Source: Elusimicrobiota bacterium (GTDB lineage: Bacteria; Elusimicrobiota; Endomicrobiia; CG1-02-37-114; JAHJSO01). Taken from it: a stretch of 34,104 nt of DNA. Position numbers and translations under genes: made by a program. The notes under the pieces are model-generated. The model was given only the letters and a program-made list of their open reading frames with translations. It was not told the origin of the DNA and did not search any database. This document shows positions 8,947 to 17,489 of this stretch, one piece after another. How positions within the stretch are numbered: the first letter of the stretch is position 1; every line of letters starts with the position of its first letter. The stretch is taken from NCBI GenBank assembly GCA_043826435.1, contig JBDRQF010000050.1, positions 1-34,104 on the forward strand, in the 5' to 3' direction.

Positions 8947-10627
8947 CTTGTTCACCCCCTTCCAGACGAACTAAATACTGGGCGAGACGCTTCTTTGCGT
9001 CCTCGCTTAGGTTTATAAATGTTATTCCTGTCCGGTATTTACCATCCGCCTTTGTCTGGCGGACCGTTTTTGCTATTACATCAACGATAGCATTGTTTAT
9101 ATGCAGACGGACTTCCAAAAAGGCGCCAGCGGGTATCTGTGTGTCTGAGAGAAAAAGAATGCCCCCGGCACTTATATCCCTTGTCTGTGTGATAACAGGT
9201 ATAAGATTCTTCCGTTCCTCAGGACTTAACACCCTGTATTCTATGGAAAATTCAGTAGATATTCTAACATGTTCCCGCCGTTCAAGTTCGTATAGTTTAT
9301 GTTCAATAAATGCATCCAGAAGTCCTGAATCAAACTTCCCTTTTGCCGCATCCTGTTTCAGAATGTCAAGCGCCTTTTCCTGGGGCATGGCCGGCTTGTA
9401 AGGCCTGTCATAGGAGACCAGGGCGTCATACACGTCGGTAATCGCTATAATCCGCGCCATAAGGGGGATATCTTCCGCCCTTAAGCCGGCGGGGTATCCT
9501 GAACCGTCTAATTTTTCATGGTGACTTGAGGCAATCCGCGGTATGTCTCTGAAGTCGGAGCCGGAGTATATGTTTGAGAGGATGTCTTTCGTATATACGG
9601 CGTGTTTTTTTACAATCTCATATTCTTCCGGCGTGAAAGCCCCGGGCTTCTGCAGGACCGCATCAGGTATTGAGATTTTTCCTACATCATGCAGAATGGC
9701 GGCATATTCCAGCATTTTCAGTTGCTCGGGAGGCATGTTCAGTTTTTTACCCAGCGCCACAGTATATCTTGCAACCCTTTCAGAATGTCCCCGTGTTACG
9801 GGGTCGCGGGCATCTATTACGGCTGTAATTGTGCGGATAAACCCCTGGAACATCTTTTCCTGTGATTCATAGAGCCGTGTATTTTCTATTGCTACCGCGG
9901 CCTGTGCAGAAAGTGCGGTAATCAATGATTCATCATATTCACCGAAGGTCCCGTTTTTTTTGTTGAGTACCTGTATCACCCCGAGCAGTTCGTCCTTGTG
10001 GTCAAACATAGGGGCACACAGGACATTACGGGTTTTAAATCCGGTCGTCCTGTCAAGATTTTTGTCAAACCTATCATCCTTGTAGGCATCTTTAATGTTA
10101 AGCAACGCGCCTGTTTGGGCGACATAACCGGCGATACCCTTGCCGACGGGCAACCGTATTTCCTTTATTTCAAGTTCCTGGGCTATGTAACTCCACAGCT
10201 CTTTTGTTTCCTTGTTGTACAGGAAGAGAGTCGTCCTTTCGGCATCCATAAGTTTTGTTGTTTCCCGTATGATGAGGGTCAGCAGCCGGTCCAGATAAAT
10301 TTCTCTGCTGAGTGCCCTGGATATATCTATAAGTATTGCAAAGCCGGTAATCGCCCTGTCAAGTGAACTGGCGATATTTTCCATGATATCAGGCGATGTT
10401 GTATCAATCCGCAGTTTTAAGTAACCCGAGGATATTTTGTCAATCAGCGCCTGGAAGCGTGAGAGGGGTCTGGTCAGCACCCTTGCAAAAATGGTGCCTG
10501 CAACCAAAGTTACACACACAACTATGAGCACCCTGGCTGGTAGGGGTATCTTTGTCTGAACTGTTATCAGCATGGTGGCAACGGCAATAACCACACAGGT
10601 AAGCAGAAACTTATATTTTATAGACAT
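8936..10627 (-). CDS. membrane HAMP-GAF-HD-GYP-PilZ c-di-GMP phosphodiesterase
   Basis: Two TM helices, GAF (GIAGYVA..DAYKDDRF..LCAPM..VIQVLNK), HDVGK, HHEKLDGSGYP, RPYK, PilZ RREHVR + DISAGG. Confidence 0.9.
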   Translation of the reverse strand: MSIKYKFLLTCVVIAVATMLITVQTKIPLPARVLIVVCVTLVAGTIFARVLTRPLSRFQALIDKISSGYLKLRIDTTSPDIMENIASSLDRAITGFAILIDISRALSREIYLDRLLTLIIRETTKLMDAERTTLFLYNKETKELWSYIAQELEIKEIRLPVGKGIAGYVAQTGALLNIKDAYKDDRFDKNLDRTTGFKTRNVLCAPMFDHKDELLGVIQVLNKKNGTFGEYDESLITALSAQAAVAIENTRLYESQEKMFQGFIRTITAVIDARDPVTRGHSERVARYTVALGKKLNMPPEQLKMLEYAAILHDVGKISIPDAVLQKPGAFTPEEYEIVKKHAVYTKDILSNIYSGSDFRDIPRIASSHHEKLDGSGYPAGLRAEDIPLMARIIAITDVYDALVSYDRPYKPAMPQEKALDILKQDAAKGKFDSGLLDAFIEHKLYELERREHVRISTEFSIEYRVLSPEERKNLIPVITQTRDISAGGILFLSDTQIPAGAFLEVRLHINNAIVDVIAKTVRQTKADGKYRTGITFINLSEDAKKRLAQYLVRLEGGEQDGT

Positions 10628-10701
10628 TGGCAAAAGTCGTGCATCCGTTTCCCGGCGTATGCCTTTCGGATAATTCCCATCTGCCCGGGCTCTTACTGTA
10701 A

Positions 10702-10731
10702 ATTATACAACATTATTGGGCTAAAAATCAA
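10702..10731 (-). promoter_or_regulatory. putative sigma70 promoter for the HD-GYP operon
   Basis: TTGATT-18 bp-TATAAT on the minus strand. Confidence 0.55.
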
Positions 10732-10735
10732 TTGC

Positions 10736-10764
10736 TTGACAAAGATTTTTTTTTCTGGTAAAAT
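10736..10764 (+). promoter_or_regulatory. sigma70 promoter for tRNA-Lys/tRNA-Glu
   Basis: TTGACA-17 bp-TAAAAT with TG extension, 13 bp upstream of tRNA-Lys. Confidence 0.8.
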
Positions 10765-10777
10765 AGTCAAACGATGC

Positions 10778-10850
10778 GAGCCTGTAGCTCAGATGGTAGA
10801 GCACCGGCCTTTTAAGCCGGGCGTCGCGCGTTCGATCCGCGCCAGGCTCA
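10778..10850 (+). tRNA. tRNA-Lys(UUU)
   Basis: Acceptor GAGCCTG/CAGGCTC, anticodon arm CCGGC-CTTTTAA-GCCGG, GTTCGATCC T-arm; no CCA. Confidence 0.97.
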
Positions 10851-10871
10851 CTGTTTTTATGACCCGATCGA

Positions 10872-11039
10872 CTAGTGTAGGGTCGCATAAATCTCTTGAC
10901 ATTTGAATACCCATGGGAGTGTCATCGCGAGCGACCGAAGGGAGCGTGGCAATCTATCTTCAAAAACAAGATTGCTTCGTCGCTAACGCTCCTCGCAATA
11001 ACAACCAAATGTAAAGATCTGTTAGGGACGCTACATTAG
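10872..11039. mobile_element. MITE-like element with imperfect terminal inverted repeats enclosing a REP-like palindrome
   Basis: 10873-10905 matches the reverse complement of 11006-11038 at 24/33. Internal palindrome gtcatcgcgag...ctcgcaataac (10921-11002) is homologous to 14209-14302. Confidence 0.7.
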
Positions 11040-11048
11040 ATATAGTAT

Positions 11049-11123
11049 GCCCCCATCGACTAGCCCGGTCTAGGTCACCACCCTTTCAAGGTGAGAACAT
11101 CGGTTCAAATCCGATTGGGGGCA
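11049..11123 (+). tRNA. tRNA-Glu(UUC)
   Basis: Acceptor GCCCCCA/TGGGGGC, anticodon loop CTTTCAA, GTTCAAATCC; no CCA. Confidence 0.95.
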
Positions 11124-11210
11124 TAGTAAAGCGCTATGAGACCTATGAACGGCGGATGAGCGAAGCGGGGATGCCCAGCGAGAACGCCCCGTGAGGAGCG
11201 CGACAATAAA

Positions 11211-11540
11211 ATGTGTGAAATTGAACCGGCATACAATGTGATTTTCGTTACCGTGGATTCCCGGGAAAAGGCAGAATCCATTGCAAAGACGATAGTTGAT
11301 GAAAAGTTAGCCGCCTGCGCAAACATAATAGACGGTGTATCCTCATACTACTGGTGGCAGGGAAAAACCGAATGGGCGAAGGAACTGCTCCTGGTGATCA
11401 AAACTAACGCATCAAAGGTTGACCGTCTTATTGACAGAATCAAGGCAATTCACCCGTATTCCGTCCCCGAGATAATCGCCCTCCCGATTGTTAAAGGGAA
11501 TAAACCCTATCTTGACTGGATTGATGAGTCGTTGAAGTGA
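11211..11540 (+). CDS. cutA: divalent-cation tolerance protein CutA
   Basis: LAACAN, SYYWWQG, E.LLVIKT, HPYSVPEIIALP, YLDWI. Confidence 0.95.
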   Translation: MCEIEPAYNVIFVTVDSREKAESIAKTIVDEKLAACANIIDGVSSYYWWQGKTEWAKELLLVIKTNASKVDRLIDRIKAIHPYSVPEIIALPIVKGNKPYLDWIDESLK

Positions 11541-11550
11541 GCACACACCT

Positions 11551-12216
11551 TTACGCACCTTGACACGCCTTTACGCATAAACCGCATATCATCTGGCTGA
11601 TGTTTCTTGTCTTCTGAAACTCTTCAAGTTTTGCCGCGCACAGGGCAGGACTGAATTCTTCATGGGTTTTTCCGATTGCCCCGGCAGGACAGACGGCAAT
11701 GCATTTCATACACCCGCTGCATGCGCAAACGGATTTTTCACCCGTGGCCGGTTTGAGGGGGATGTTAGTTAAAATCGTTGCAAACCTCGTCTGTGAGCCA
11801 TATTCGGGATGGACAAGCAGGTTGTTTATTCCTATAAAGCCGTGCCCGGCCATCACGGCAATTGCCCGGTGGGAGAGATGCCCCCTTTGATTTTCCCAGT
11901 CAACCACCTGCGAGGCGGGGATTGGCAGAGACATATATCCTTTTGACTGGATTATTGAACTCACCTGGAGCGCCACAGTATCAAGGAGTATGTTTACCCT
12001 CTGGTAGTGGAAATAATAGAGTTGATTAGGCCCGTCTGTGAGTGTGTCCAGCACTGCTCTGGATAACCTGTATCCGATTGAGATTGCAAAGTCAAGCGGA
12101 GCAACAACTTCCTGAGAAAGAAGAAATCCCTGTTTAACATTTTTTATATCAGCAACGCCGAACACGGAGATTCCCTGTTTGAGTGCAACATCGCGCATAT
12201 ATTCACATATCCCCAT
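11551..12216 (-). CDS. QueG/reductive-dehalogenase-like 4Fe-4S protein (short epoxyqueuosine reductase-like)
   Basis: SHR.IA..AGHG.IG.NNLL..PEYG..R, CxxCxxCxxxCP, CGLCVKAC; RBS GAGGTG before the ATG at 12216. Confidence 0.8.
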   Translation of the reverse strand: MGICEYMRDVALKQGISVFGVADIKNVKQGFLLSQEVVAPLDFAISIGYRLSRAVLDTLTDGPNQLYYFHYQRVNILLDTVALQVSSIIQSKGYMSLPIPASQVVDWENQRGHLSHRAIAVMAGHGFIGINNLLVHPEYGSQTRFATILTNIPLKPATGEKSVCACSGCMKCIAVCPAGAIGKTHEEFSPALCAAKLEEFQKTRNISQMICGLCVKACQGA

Positions 12217-12272
12217 CTTAAATATTGCACCTCTGTTTATGTGCGAATTCCCCAAGCAGGGTATTTAACGTT

Positions 12273-14192
12273 TCAGAATTTGAAGTTAGGATTGTCATGA
12301 TTACATTTTTTTAAGTGCACGAGCAGGATTGCAATGTCCGACGGCGTAACGCCTGATATCCTTGCCGCCTGCCCGATTGAACCGGGCATTATCTGTTTAA
12401 GTTTTATCCGGGATTCTTTCAGCAGTCCCCGGATGTTTTCATAATCAACCCATCCGGGTATTTTTTTATTTTCAAGTTTTTTAAATTTTTCTATCTCTTC
12501 CTTCTGTCGCCGGATGTATCCTGCGTATTTAATTTCTATTTCAACCTGCTGTTTTACCCTTTTGAAGGGGGACGGAGCGTGCGGTTTGTCACGTCCGACG
12601 AAAATTGGTCCGTTTGCCTCCGGTGCAACGGGCTCGCCGGCAGGCGGTTTATCGGACAGGCCGGACATAACGGAGTCATAAGATTCTCCCCTGCGGATAA
12701 GGTGCGCCAGCGGCACGTGTTCTTGCGGAGAGTACGTCTCTTCAAGAAAATCAATATTTTTACGGACATCTTCCCTGTATTTACAGAATCCCTGATAGTG
12801 CTCCTTCGGGATTAATCCGAATTTGTATCCATAATCCATCAGACGGATATCTGCGTTATCCGACCGGAGGACAAGCCGGAACTCAGCCCTGGACGTGAAC
12901 ATCCTGTATGGGTCCATTACTCCTTTTGTTACCAGGTCGTCAATGAGTACGCCGATGTACGCCTCGTCCCTGCCGGGGACAAATGCCTCTTTATTTTGAA
13001 TTTTCAGGACGGCGTTTATCCCTGCGATTAATCCCTGTCCTGCGGCTTCCTCATACCCCGTTGTGCCGTTTATCTGCCCTGCGAAGTACAGCCCTTCTAT
13101 CGTTTTTGTTTCAAGAGTGGGATGCAGTTGCGTCGGCGGGCAGAAGTCGTATTCAACTGCATAGCCGTATCTGAGGATTTCTGCGTTTTCGCAACCCTTC
13201 ATTGAGTGAACGATTGCTTCCTGCACGTCCTCGGGTAAACTGGTTGATATGCCGTTGCAATATATCTCCCACGTGTTATAACCTTCCGGTTCAAGGAATA
13301 CCTGGTGCCTGTCCCTGTCCGCAAACCTGACGACCTTGTCTTCAATTGAAGGACAATACCTGGGCCCTATGCTCTTTATCACCCCCGTATAGAGAGGGGA
13401 CCTGTCCAGGTTTTCGTTTATTATTTTGTGCGTCCGGGTGTTGGTCCACGTTATCCAGCAGGGAAGTTGTTTGCCGGCGCACGGTATTTTTTCCGTGAAG
13501 TGGGAAAAACCTTCCGGCGGCTCGTTCCCGTTCTGAATATCAAGTTTTGAAAAATCAACGGTGCGGGAGTTTATCCTCGGCGGTGTGCCCGTTTTCAGGC
13601 GGCCGAGTTCAAAACCCAGCCCGGCAAGGCATTCAGAAAGCCCGGTGGAGGGGAACTCACCCATACGGCCCGCCGGGGAACTCTTCAACCCGACGTGTAT
13701 CAGACCGTTAAGGAACGTTCCGGCCGTAATGACTACTGCGCTGCAATAATATGCAGTGCCTGTTCCGGTAAGGACCCCGTTTATTTTATTGTCGTCTGAC
13801 ACAAGCAATTTTATCACTTCTTCCTGCCTTGTGGCGAGGAATGGTTGCTTTTTTAGGGTGTTTTTCATTTCCTGCCTGTAGAGGACCCTGTCGCACTGCG
13901 CTCTGGGAGACCACACGGCGGGGCCCTTGGACAGGTTCAGTGTCCTGAACTGGACAGCGGCCCTGTCGGTATTTTTCGCCATCTCGCCGCCGAGGGCGTC
14001 AATCTCCCGGACGATCTGTCCCTTTGCCACGCCGCCGATTGCAGGGTTGCAGGACATCTGCCCAATCATGTCAAGGTTCATCGTCAGTAAAAGGACGTTA
14101 CGCCCCATTCTGGCGGAAGACAGCGCTGCCTCTACGCCCGCATGGCCTGCGCCGACTACAATAATGTCGTATTTTTGAGGGTATTTGTACAA
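12273..14192 (-). CDS. mnmG: tRNA uridine-5-carboxymethylaminomethyl synthesis enzyme MnmG (GidA)
   Basis: GAGHAG, SCNPAIGG, RLKTGTPPR, GPRYCPSIEDK, GQINGTTGYEEAA, YRMFTSRAE; TTG start at 14192 with GGAGG RBS. Confidence 0.97.
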   Translation of the reverse strand: MYKYPQKYDIIVVGAGHAGVEAALSSARMGRNVLLLTMNLDMIGQMSCNPAIGGVAKGQIVREIDALGGEMAKNTDRAAVQFRTLNLSKGPAVWSPRAQCDRVLYRQEMKNTLKKQPFLATRQEEVIKLLVSDDNKINGVLTGTGTAYYCSAVVITAGTFLNGLIHVGLKSSPAGRMGEFPSTGLSECLAGLGFELGRLKTGTPPRINSRTVDFSKLDIQNGNEPPEGFSHFTEKIPCAGKQLPCWITWTNTRTHKIINENLDRSPLYTGVIKSIGPRYCPSIEDKVVRFADRDRHQVFLEPEGYNTWEIYCNGISTSLPEDVQEAIVHSMKGCENAEILRYGYAVEYDFCPPTQLHPTLETKTIEGLYFAGQINGTTGYEEAAGQGLIAGINAVLKIQNKEAFVPGRDEAYIGVLIDDLVTKGVMDPYRMFTSRAEFRLVLRSDNADIRLMDYGYKFGLIPKEHYQGFCKYREDVRKNIDFLEETYSPQEHVPLAHLIRRGESYDSVMSGLSDKPPAGEPVAPEANGPIFVGRDKPHAPSPFKRVKQQVEIEIKYAGYIRRQKEEIEKFKKLENKKIPGWVDYENIRGLLKESRIKLKQIMPGSIGQAARISGVTPSDIAILLVHLKKCNHDNPNFKF

Positions 14193-14208
14193 CCCGGTAC
14201 CTCCCGGG

Positions 14209-14340
14209 GTCATTGCGAGGCGAAGCCGAAGCAATCCCCTTTTACCGACGAGATTGCCACGCCCTTCGGGCTCGCAATGACAATGCAACGGGTATTCAAA
14301 TGATGTGTCATTGCGAGGCGAAGCCGAAGCAATCCCCTTT
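14209..14340. repeat. REP/RPE-like palindromic repeat: one full copy (14209-14281) and one half copy (14307-14340)
   Basis: gtcattgcgag...ctcgcaatgac outer stem; gtcattgcgaggcgaagccgaagcaatcccctt is repeated directly at 14209 and 14307. Confidence 0.9.
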
Positions 14341-14355
14341 GGATTTTTGAATGGA

Positions 14356-15252
14356 TTACCTGTTTTCCTGGGGGGTGTGTGACCCTAGTATGTGCCTGAT
14401 GTTTTTGTCTATTTCTGATTTTAATTTTTTGAGAGATGACAAACTTTCATACGGGACCTTTTGCCTGCCCATGAACGAATCCCCGTTATCCATCGGCCCG
14501 TGGAAGTCACTTCCGCCGGTTACCACGAGGTCAAATTCAGCGGCCAATTTAACAAATGACTCCCGTATTTTCGGCGGGTGTTTGCTATGCCATGCTTCAA
14601 TCCCTGCCAGCCCCTGTCGGACAAGGGAGCCAATAAGGTTTTTGTTGTTGTAGTTTCCGTAAAACGGGTGGGCGAGCACGGGTATCCCGCCTACGCGCCT
14701 TATCATTTTTATCGCCTGCTCGGGTTTCAGTCGTAATTTCGGGACGAATGCCGGCCTCCCCCATCCGAGGAATTTCTGGAATGCTTCCTGTATGGAACTT
14801 ACTGCCTTTTCTTCAAGCATGAACCTGGCTATGTGGAGCCGCCCTATGGCGCCGGCGCCCGCAATGCGGAAGAGATTGTCTTTGTTTATTTTTATGCCGG
14901 CGGCAGCGAGTTTGTCAACGATGAGTATCGCCCGGCGCTCCCGCGCCTGCCTGAAAAGTTTAAGTTGTTCCTGGAATTGGGCGTTTTCCCAGTTGATGTA
15001 ATAGCCGAGGATGTGCATCTCGCCCTCGGAAGAGTTTTTTAGTTCTGCGGAGAGTTCAATGCCGGGTATGACCTCCACGCCTATTTTCGCCCCTTCCAGT
15101 ATTGCGGGCACAATGCCGTCCGTTATGTCGTGGTCGGTAATGGATATCGCCGCAAGGTCGTTTTCCTGGGCGTGTCGCACGACGTCTTCTGGCAGGAGAG
15201 TGCCGTCTGAGAAACACGTGTGGACATGGAGGTCAATGGATTGTTTTAACAT
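14356..15252 (-). CDS. PHP-domain metal-dependent phosphoesterase (TrpH/YciV-like)
   Basis: DLHVHT..SDG, ITDHD, GIELS, HILGY, VLAHP, GGSDFHG. Confidence 0.92.
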   Translation of the reverse strand: MLKQSIDLHVHTCFSDGTLLPEDVVRHAQENDLAAISITDHDITDGIVPAILEGAKIGVEVIPGIELSAELKNSSEGEMHILGYYINWENAQFQEQLKLFRQARERRAILIVDKLAAAGIKINKDNLFRIAGAGAIGRLHIARFMLEEKAVSSIQEAFQKFLGWGRPAFVPKLRLKPEQAIKMIRRVGGIPVLAHPFYGNYNNKNLIGSLVRQGLAGIEAWHSKHPPKIRESFVKLAAEFDLVVTGGSDFHGPMDNGDSFMGRQKVPYESLSSLKKLKSEIDKNIRHILGSHTPQENR

Positions 15253-15318
15253 GTTTTTGTTTTGTCAAATGATGCAAGACATGGCCCCGTTAGTGGCACC
15301 GTGGATGGTTCCGTTGAC

Positions 15319-16695
15319 TCATAGGAGTTCCGATGCCAGGGCGGACAACGCGCTGCGTTCGGTCCTTGTGAAAGTTATGTGTCCGAATATCTTTTGTCCC
15401 TTGAATTTATCAACAAGGTTTGTGAGCCCGTTTGACGATGCATCCAGGTACGGGTTGTCTATCTGGTAAGGGTCGCCCGTCAGTACCATCTTTGTCCCTT
15501 CGCCGGCCCGGGAGATAATTGTTTTGATTTCATGCGGGGTAAGGTTCTGGGCGTCGTCAATGATTATGTACTGTTTCGGGAGGCTCCTGCCGCGTATAAA
15601 GGTAAGCGCCTCAATTTCAATCAACCCTGAATCAAACAGGTAGTTTATGGTTTCTTCCAGCGGTTCGTTCGGGGTACCCACGCACTGCGTGGGTCGGGAC
15701 CGGTCAATTAAGAAATCCATGTTGTCGTATATGGCGCCCATCCATGAACTGAGTTTTTCCTCTTTTGTTCCCGGCAGGTAGCCGATGTCCCTGCCCATCG
15801 GGACCACGGGACGCGCTACAAGCAGGTGTTTGAAATGTTTTTCCTCAACCACTTTCTGGAGCCCGCAGGCGAGAGAGAGCAACGTCTTGCCCGCTCCCGG
15901 CACGCCTATCAGGGTAACAAGAGTTATCTCGTCGCACAGGAGGAGTTCCATTGCAAACCTCTGTTCCACGTTAAGTGGTTTAAGCCCCCAAGGCACGGGG
16001 TTCTGGTGAAACAGGGGGATAATCTGTCCGCTGTCGGGGCTGTATTTGCCCAGGGCGCTCTTGGACGGGGCCGTGTCGTCTTTGAGTATGAAGAATTCAT
16101 TTGCAAGTGGCTTTATGCCGGCAGGGAGTTTTGTTACGGGGACGGATTTTTTTCCGTAGAAAGAATCAAAGTCCGGAGAGGATAATGGCAAGTCCCTCCA
16201 GCCGTTGTAGAGTTCATCAATATTTACCTTCTCTTTCTCGTAGTCCTCCGCCTGAAGGCCGAGCACCTCCGCCTTGATTCTCAGGTTTATGTCTTTTGAT
16301 ATGAATATTACCTTTTCACCGTTTTTCTGAAGACGCAGGGCGGCGCCGAGTATCCTGTGGTCTGCCTTTGATGTTACAAAATCGTAAGGGACTTCAGAGT
16401 TGTGGTCAACCTCAACGCGTATTATCCCGCCTTTTTCATTTTTGACGCCGTCGGATATTTTTCCCTTGCTTCTCAGTGAATCCAGAATCCTTGATATTGT
16501 CCTTGCGTTGCGTCCGCGTTCATCGTTTATTTTTTTGAAACCGTCCAGTTCCTCTATTACCGTCATCGGGACTATTACCGTATTGTCCTCAAAGGCGAAA
16601 AGGGACTGTGGGTCGTGTATCAGGACGTTTGTGTCAAGTATAAAAAGTTTTTTTACATCGTGCTTTATCTGTTTCTTCGTTGCAGGTGACTCCAT
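15319..16695 (-). CDS. PIN-domain + PhoH ATPase (PhoH2/YlaK-like)
   Basis: LDTNVL, EELD, SKDINLRIKA, GVPGAGKT, GYLPG, RGRS, AQNLT, GDPYQID. Confidence 0.92.
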   Translation of the reverse strand: MESPATKKQIKHDVKKLFILDTNVLIHDPQSLFAFEDNTVIVPMTVIEELDGFKKINDERGRNARTISRILDSLRSKGKISDGVKNEKGGIIRVEVDHNSEVPYDFVTSKADHRILGAALRLQKNGEKVIFISKDINLRIKAEVLGLQAEDYEKEKVNIDELYNGWRDLPLSSPDFDSFYGKKSVPVTKLPAGIKPLANEFFILKDDTAPSKSALGKYSPDSGQIIPLFHQNPVPWGLKPLNVEQRFAMELLLCDEITLVTLIGVPGAGKTLLSLACGLQKVVEEKHFKHLLVARPVVPMGRDIGYLPGTKEEKLSSWMGAIYDNMDFLIDRSRPTQCVGTPNEPLEETINYLFDSGLIEIEALTFIRGRSLPKQYIIIDDAQNLTPHEIKTIISRAGEGTKMVLTGDPYQIDNPYLDASSNGLTNLVDKFKGQKIFGHITFTRTERSALSALASELL

Positions 16696-16715
16696 TATCG
16701 CCTCCGTTATAAAAC

Positions 16716-17489
16716 TTAAAAACCCAGTCCCACAAAAATTATTGCGTTGTTTGAATTCCCGGTGATGCCCAGCAGGATACCGCCGTAAAAATCAAACTCA
16801 TTGTCTAAAGTATATTCAACGCCGGGTGCAAGATATACCTCCTGGTAGCCCGTTTGCAATAACGGTGTCCCGGACAGGTAAGCATAACCGTGGTTTATGC
16901 CTTTTATCTCGCCGACAATCGTAATGTCTTTTTTAATTTTGTGTTTTGCCCCGAGAGTGTACATTAACTCGTTGCCCATGCGAATTTTATCAGGATTTTC
17001 CGTGTGGACTTTATATCCGAGGAGGAAATGCCCCGTGATCTCATCAATTTGTTTCTGTATCAGCCATGCCATTAAAATGCCGACTCCTCCCGTCCCGAGC
17101 CCCCTTTTATAATCGCCCGTCGGCAGTGAAAAGCCGAATTCTGCAGATACGCCCGGCTGTTCGGCCGCATGTCTGAAAAACTGGTATTTTGCGGCGATGG
17201 ATAAGTCGCTTATCCCTGTTTCCGCCCCGTATGACGCCATCCCGAACCTTATCCCGGCTTCAAGTTTTTTTTCGGCACCGTAGGTAAAAATGAAAGGCAA
17301 TTCAAAGAAATCCCTGTTTTTGCCGCCTGAACCGATTATAATATTCGCCGACAGGTTGTATTTGTTCGGCTGGACACTGGACAAATCAACGCCCGGCTTG
17401 AAGGTTTCAATAAAGTTCACCCTGCTGTGAACGCCCGACGCTGCGGTCAAAATCAATGTAAAAAATAAGGCGTATGGAAGAAGAGTCAT
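16716..17489 (-). CDS. outer-membrane beta-barrel protein (putative transporter)
   Basis: Signal peptide, alternating beta-strand pattern, LPTGD..GLGTG, terminal Phe. Confidence 0.65.
   Translation of the reverse strand: MTLLPYALFFTLILTAASGVHSRVNFIETFKPGVDLSSVQPNKYNLSANIIIGSGGKNRDFFELPFIFTYGAEKKLEAGIRFGMASYGAETGISDLSIAAKYQFFRHAAEQPGVSAEFGFSLPTGDYKRGLGTGGVGILMAWLIQKQIDEITGHFLLGYKVHTENPDKIRMGNELMYTLGAKHKIKKDITIVGEIKGINHGYAYLSGTPLLQTGYQEVYLAPGVEYTLDNEFDFYGGILLGITGNSNNAIIFVGLGF

Noticed and set aside
10896..10925. TTGACA inside the MITE as a promoter
   Set aside because: No acceptable -10 at 16-18 bp spacing.
14193..14288. 32-aa N-terminal extension of MnmG in the ORF track
   Set aside because: It translates the palindromic repeat; a TTG with a GGAGG RBS at 14192 fits the family start.
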